Below, piece after piece: positions 60,909 to 64,000 of a stretch of DNA of 64,000 bases. Origin of the DNA: Selaginella moellendorffii (taxonomy: Eukaryota; Plantae; Lycopodiophyta); contig NW_003314274.1 in assembly GCF_000143415.4 (NCBI RefSeq), positions 2,772,623 through 2,836,622 on the forward strand. The letters are read 5' to 3'. The translations under genes were made by a program, and so were the position numbers. The stretch's first letter is position 1. The number at the start of each line of letters is the position of its first letter. The notes under the pieces were generated by a model that was not told the DNA's origin, did no database searches, and saw nothing but the letters and a program-made list of their open reading frames with translations.

Positions 60909-62229
60909 AAGAAGCTTACATACTAGCTTTATTCTTTCTCTATGTAGGGCTAAACAGTGCTTTTTGCAAATTCCAGAACAAAACAAAACAAAAAATAGAA
61001 AAAAAAACTTCATTATCTGGCTCTATACTACAGAAGAAAGAAGATACTTGCTCCAGTGTCGGTTGCTACCATGTCTTCCTCACTTCATCGTCGTCATCAT
61101 GTCAGCTGCTGCTTGATCGCCAGTAGTTGTCGTGCAAATTCTCTCCTTCTCAAGCTCCCGATGCACTGCCACCACTAGCAGGAGCACTGTTGGTGTTGGA
61201 TCCTATCAGAACAAACACAGAAAAAAGTTAGAATGAGTGAATGAAGAACAAACAAACAACTCATGAATTTTCAAATACATACCTGGAGGACTTTTCCGGT
61301 CACTATTGTCACCAGCAGCAGCACTGCCTTGATCAGAAGACAGGTTTGTGTTGCCCTCGTCCTCACTACGACCACTGCCGTACTCATTGGCATTGTCATC
61401 AGCTCCCCGATGTCGTGCTGCTAATCGTGTTAAGCGTGCTCTCAAAGAGCCCATCTCGCTTGGACAGACAGCATCTTGCGCCGCCTGAAGCAATGCCATG
61501 CCTGTTAGGCACCAGGTCAGGATAATAGGATAAGGAAAGGGCCCTACAATCAAGTGATCACCCCTTTAGCCAGTTGGCTTAGGGTGTAAGGGATAGGATC
61601 CTAACAATGCCTTCTTGCGAGACAGGATTACAGCCAGAGCCAAGCCCTAGGAGATGGTGACGCACATGAGTAGCTGTACCTGTGCATTAGACGCCACCGA
61701 TATTGCATCTCCCCAGGGCACTAACCTGTCTGACAGAATGGTTCATGCAGAATGCTTGCTTGAGTCTCTCCTCGCCAAGCTCACGAATAATAGATATGGA
61801 GACCTTAACTGAGGTCAATTAGCCTTATAATAAAGACTCCTCAGGGGATCACCGAGTGCTCTTCCGATTTGTTCTCATCGCAAGTTCCGAAGTGTAAGAA
61901 CAAATGGCTACAATAAAACACCAATACATAGTTTCTGTTCTTGCATTGCACCAGAGAAAACTCCAATGTCAGATAATAAATTGTGAGATATTGTTTACTT
62001 GTTCTTGGTTTTTATACTGCTCGAGAAATTCAACATTGTCAGTATGCAGTCTTAGTGAAAATCATAACAAAGAATCAAAAGGAGAGATTTCAACCAGATA
62101 TTTGTTGCATTTCGAAATAATAACTTGATACCACTGCGTTTTGTCTGCCAAACGGATTTGGCCAGTTCAGGAAGTTCTGTCGCCTGATTATTTTGGTTGC
62201 AAAGGTACAAGTCTTTACTGCTATACATT

Positions 62230-63750
62230 GTCATGCATGTTGTTCCAGGATAGCAGTTTAAGGCACTTCAGGATAATCCCAAAGATAACGTCAGTGTAGC
62301 AGAACTGGGCTATCCATTTTTCTACACGAAGCTAGCACGCAGCAACTACAGTGATATCAAAGAAGAGGCCATGGTGGACGTCATTAATGCTGTGAGGAAG
62401 CGACCACAAGGACTTGATGGAGTTTCTCAACTTCTTAAAAGAGTTATATTTGGCTTCTGAATACCTGCTAAAAACTGGAATTACACCCTATCTGCCTATG
62501 TCCAGGACTCTGTTGATCCATGTGCGGACTTGTGTAATGTGATAGTCAAACTGTTGCACAAAATCTAAAAAATCTTTAAATACGTATTTCTATTTGGTCA
62601 GAGCTTCATATTAAACCAAGAACAAAAAGACTTAGACCAGCATGGCTACAAGGAAGCCATAGATCTCTCAAACCCAAAGCAATCTAGCATTTGTGTGTTA
62701 TCCATGAAAAGACTAAGCTCCGCACAGCATCCGTTGAACATTATGTCTTTCATGCTCTGGGGTTCTAATGCATTTGTTTAGCATTGGTTAGACTGTAGTT
62801 CAAAGAAAGATAATCACTTAAAGTTTATCCATAGTGATGAAAAGACCTTGAATTTAAATTTACGAAACAGATATTCTCTATTATAAAAACAGTTACAACA
62901 AGACTAGCTTCAAAACATTTTCACGTGTACCTAGGTTAATCAATACTTTCTCGAGGAAATGGCAGAGAGAAGCAACGAAGCAGAAAAAATGGAGAAGTGG
63001 ATGAAGGCTACAAGTGAAATAGAGAAAAGAGGAATTAAGTGCGTATGCCGTCGTGACTTCATGATAAACGAAAGGTAATTTAGATTTAGATTCGAAAAGA
63101 TGGTTAATGAAACCTTGTGAACGTGATAGATTCTTTCCAACTGACAGTCAAGCACGAAAACTTGATGTGCTTAGGTGTCCACCATCAGAATACATGTATG
63201 GCTTTGCTAGCAGTGATGGGGTCTCAAGAAAGATTACAACATATATAAGCAAAGTCAAACAGTTTAAGAGAATCAACAAGAGAAAGAATGTTGCACCGGG
63301 TAAGTGTGGATGTTATACTCTTTGTTCTCTACTTTTTTTTACAAAAACAAATCTATCACATGCAGGATTCACAGCAGTATTCACAGCACAGATTCTAAAT
63401 GGCAAGAAGTATAATAAGAATCGCCTACCAAACAAAGCAGAAGTACAAAAGGTATTTGATAAAAACACAAGAGGAATCCATCCATATGTCTTCTCAGCAT
63501 TGCATTATGGATATGGCATTCCATTTGACGTGTGTAAGGAACTAAAAAAGGAAACGGCTCAACGGCTTCTTAACAGTATGAATGAGTACCATCCAAAGTG
63601 AGGGGTGGAAAACTGGAAGCCAATCTGTCTTGAAGGCATTGTGCTGCAAATTAGTCTGGACTTTGCTAAAGAAATATTCGAATACAATCCATTCAATGAT
63701 GCCGAAGATATGCTTGACATATGTATGAAGAAAGAATTGTTGTAGATTAG
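62230..63750 (+). other. Unassigned gene-like exons with stops (decayed lineage-specific or TE-borne gene)
   Basis: Coding-like stretches with GT-AG introns (e.g. ~63300-63365) and a TGA at 63599 beyond which the frame continues to ~63747. No recognisable family. Confidence 0.35.
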
Positions 63751-63892
63751 ACTTTATAGAATAAAAGTAATATTAGTCTATGAAAAAATTGTTATTAGTA
63801 TTTGAAAAGAAAAACCAGTTTGACATAAAAGGATCAAAATCATCAGGTTCCAACTGTCATGCATGCAAAGTGTTCCATCAAAAGAGCAACAG

Positions 63893-63969
63893 GCTGCTGA
63901 GGACTACCTTGTCCAACTCTTTGAAGCCATCAATTTATGTGCCCTTCATGGCAAAAAGAGTCACAATAA
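63893..63969 (+). pseudogene. Histone H3-fold exon, CENH3-like, with a 1-nt insertion
   Basis: cag|AAEDYLVQLFEAINLCALH(+g)AKRVTI-A|gtaagt. The EDYLV motif and both exon borders match the penultimate exon of plant CENH3 as recalled. Confidence 0.7.
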
Positions 63970-64000
63970 GTAAGTATTCAAATAACACACACAAAAAGAT

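Overview
Eukaryotic plant nuclear DNA. The ~50-nt introns, very dense genes, an intraflagellar-transport gene and an ALDH21 fragment point to a seed-free land plant with flagellated sperm, most likely a Selaginella-type lycophyte (inference). There are three zones. (1) 1-10.1 kb is a nested transposon block: three copies of a ~1.7-kb LTR carrying a 12-bp satellite (one is a solo LTR with a perfect TSD), a truncated Sola/DUF7869-like transposase flanked by 22-bp palindromes, and 5S-rRNA-bearing Cassandra-type TRIMs (one complete, one solo LTR, both with TSDs). (2) 10.4-33 kb is an extremely compact gene island: an Sfi1-repeat-like coiled-coil gene, IFT139/TTC21, a decayed Copia, FAM136A-like, EXO84, cytosolic pyruvate kinase, an F-box gene and an NT-C2 gene, with gaps between coding ends of only 11, 18 and 84 bp. 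(3) 34-64 kb is an AT-rich Helitron field with several hairpin+CTAG ends and many captured gene fragments (peroxidase, MRL1, ARP5, SDR, ALDH21, ARF-GAP-C2, PGI, CENH3-like). It contains a full-length chromovirus with a Tf1-like self-priming site and a textbook -1 frameshift signal. All family assignments come from recalled motifs; no database search was run.
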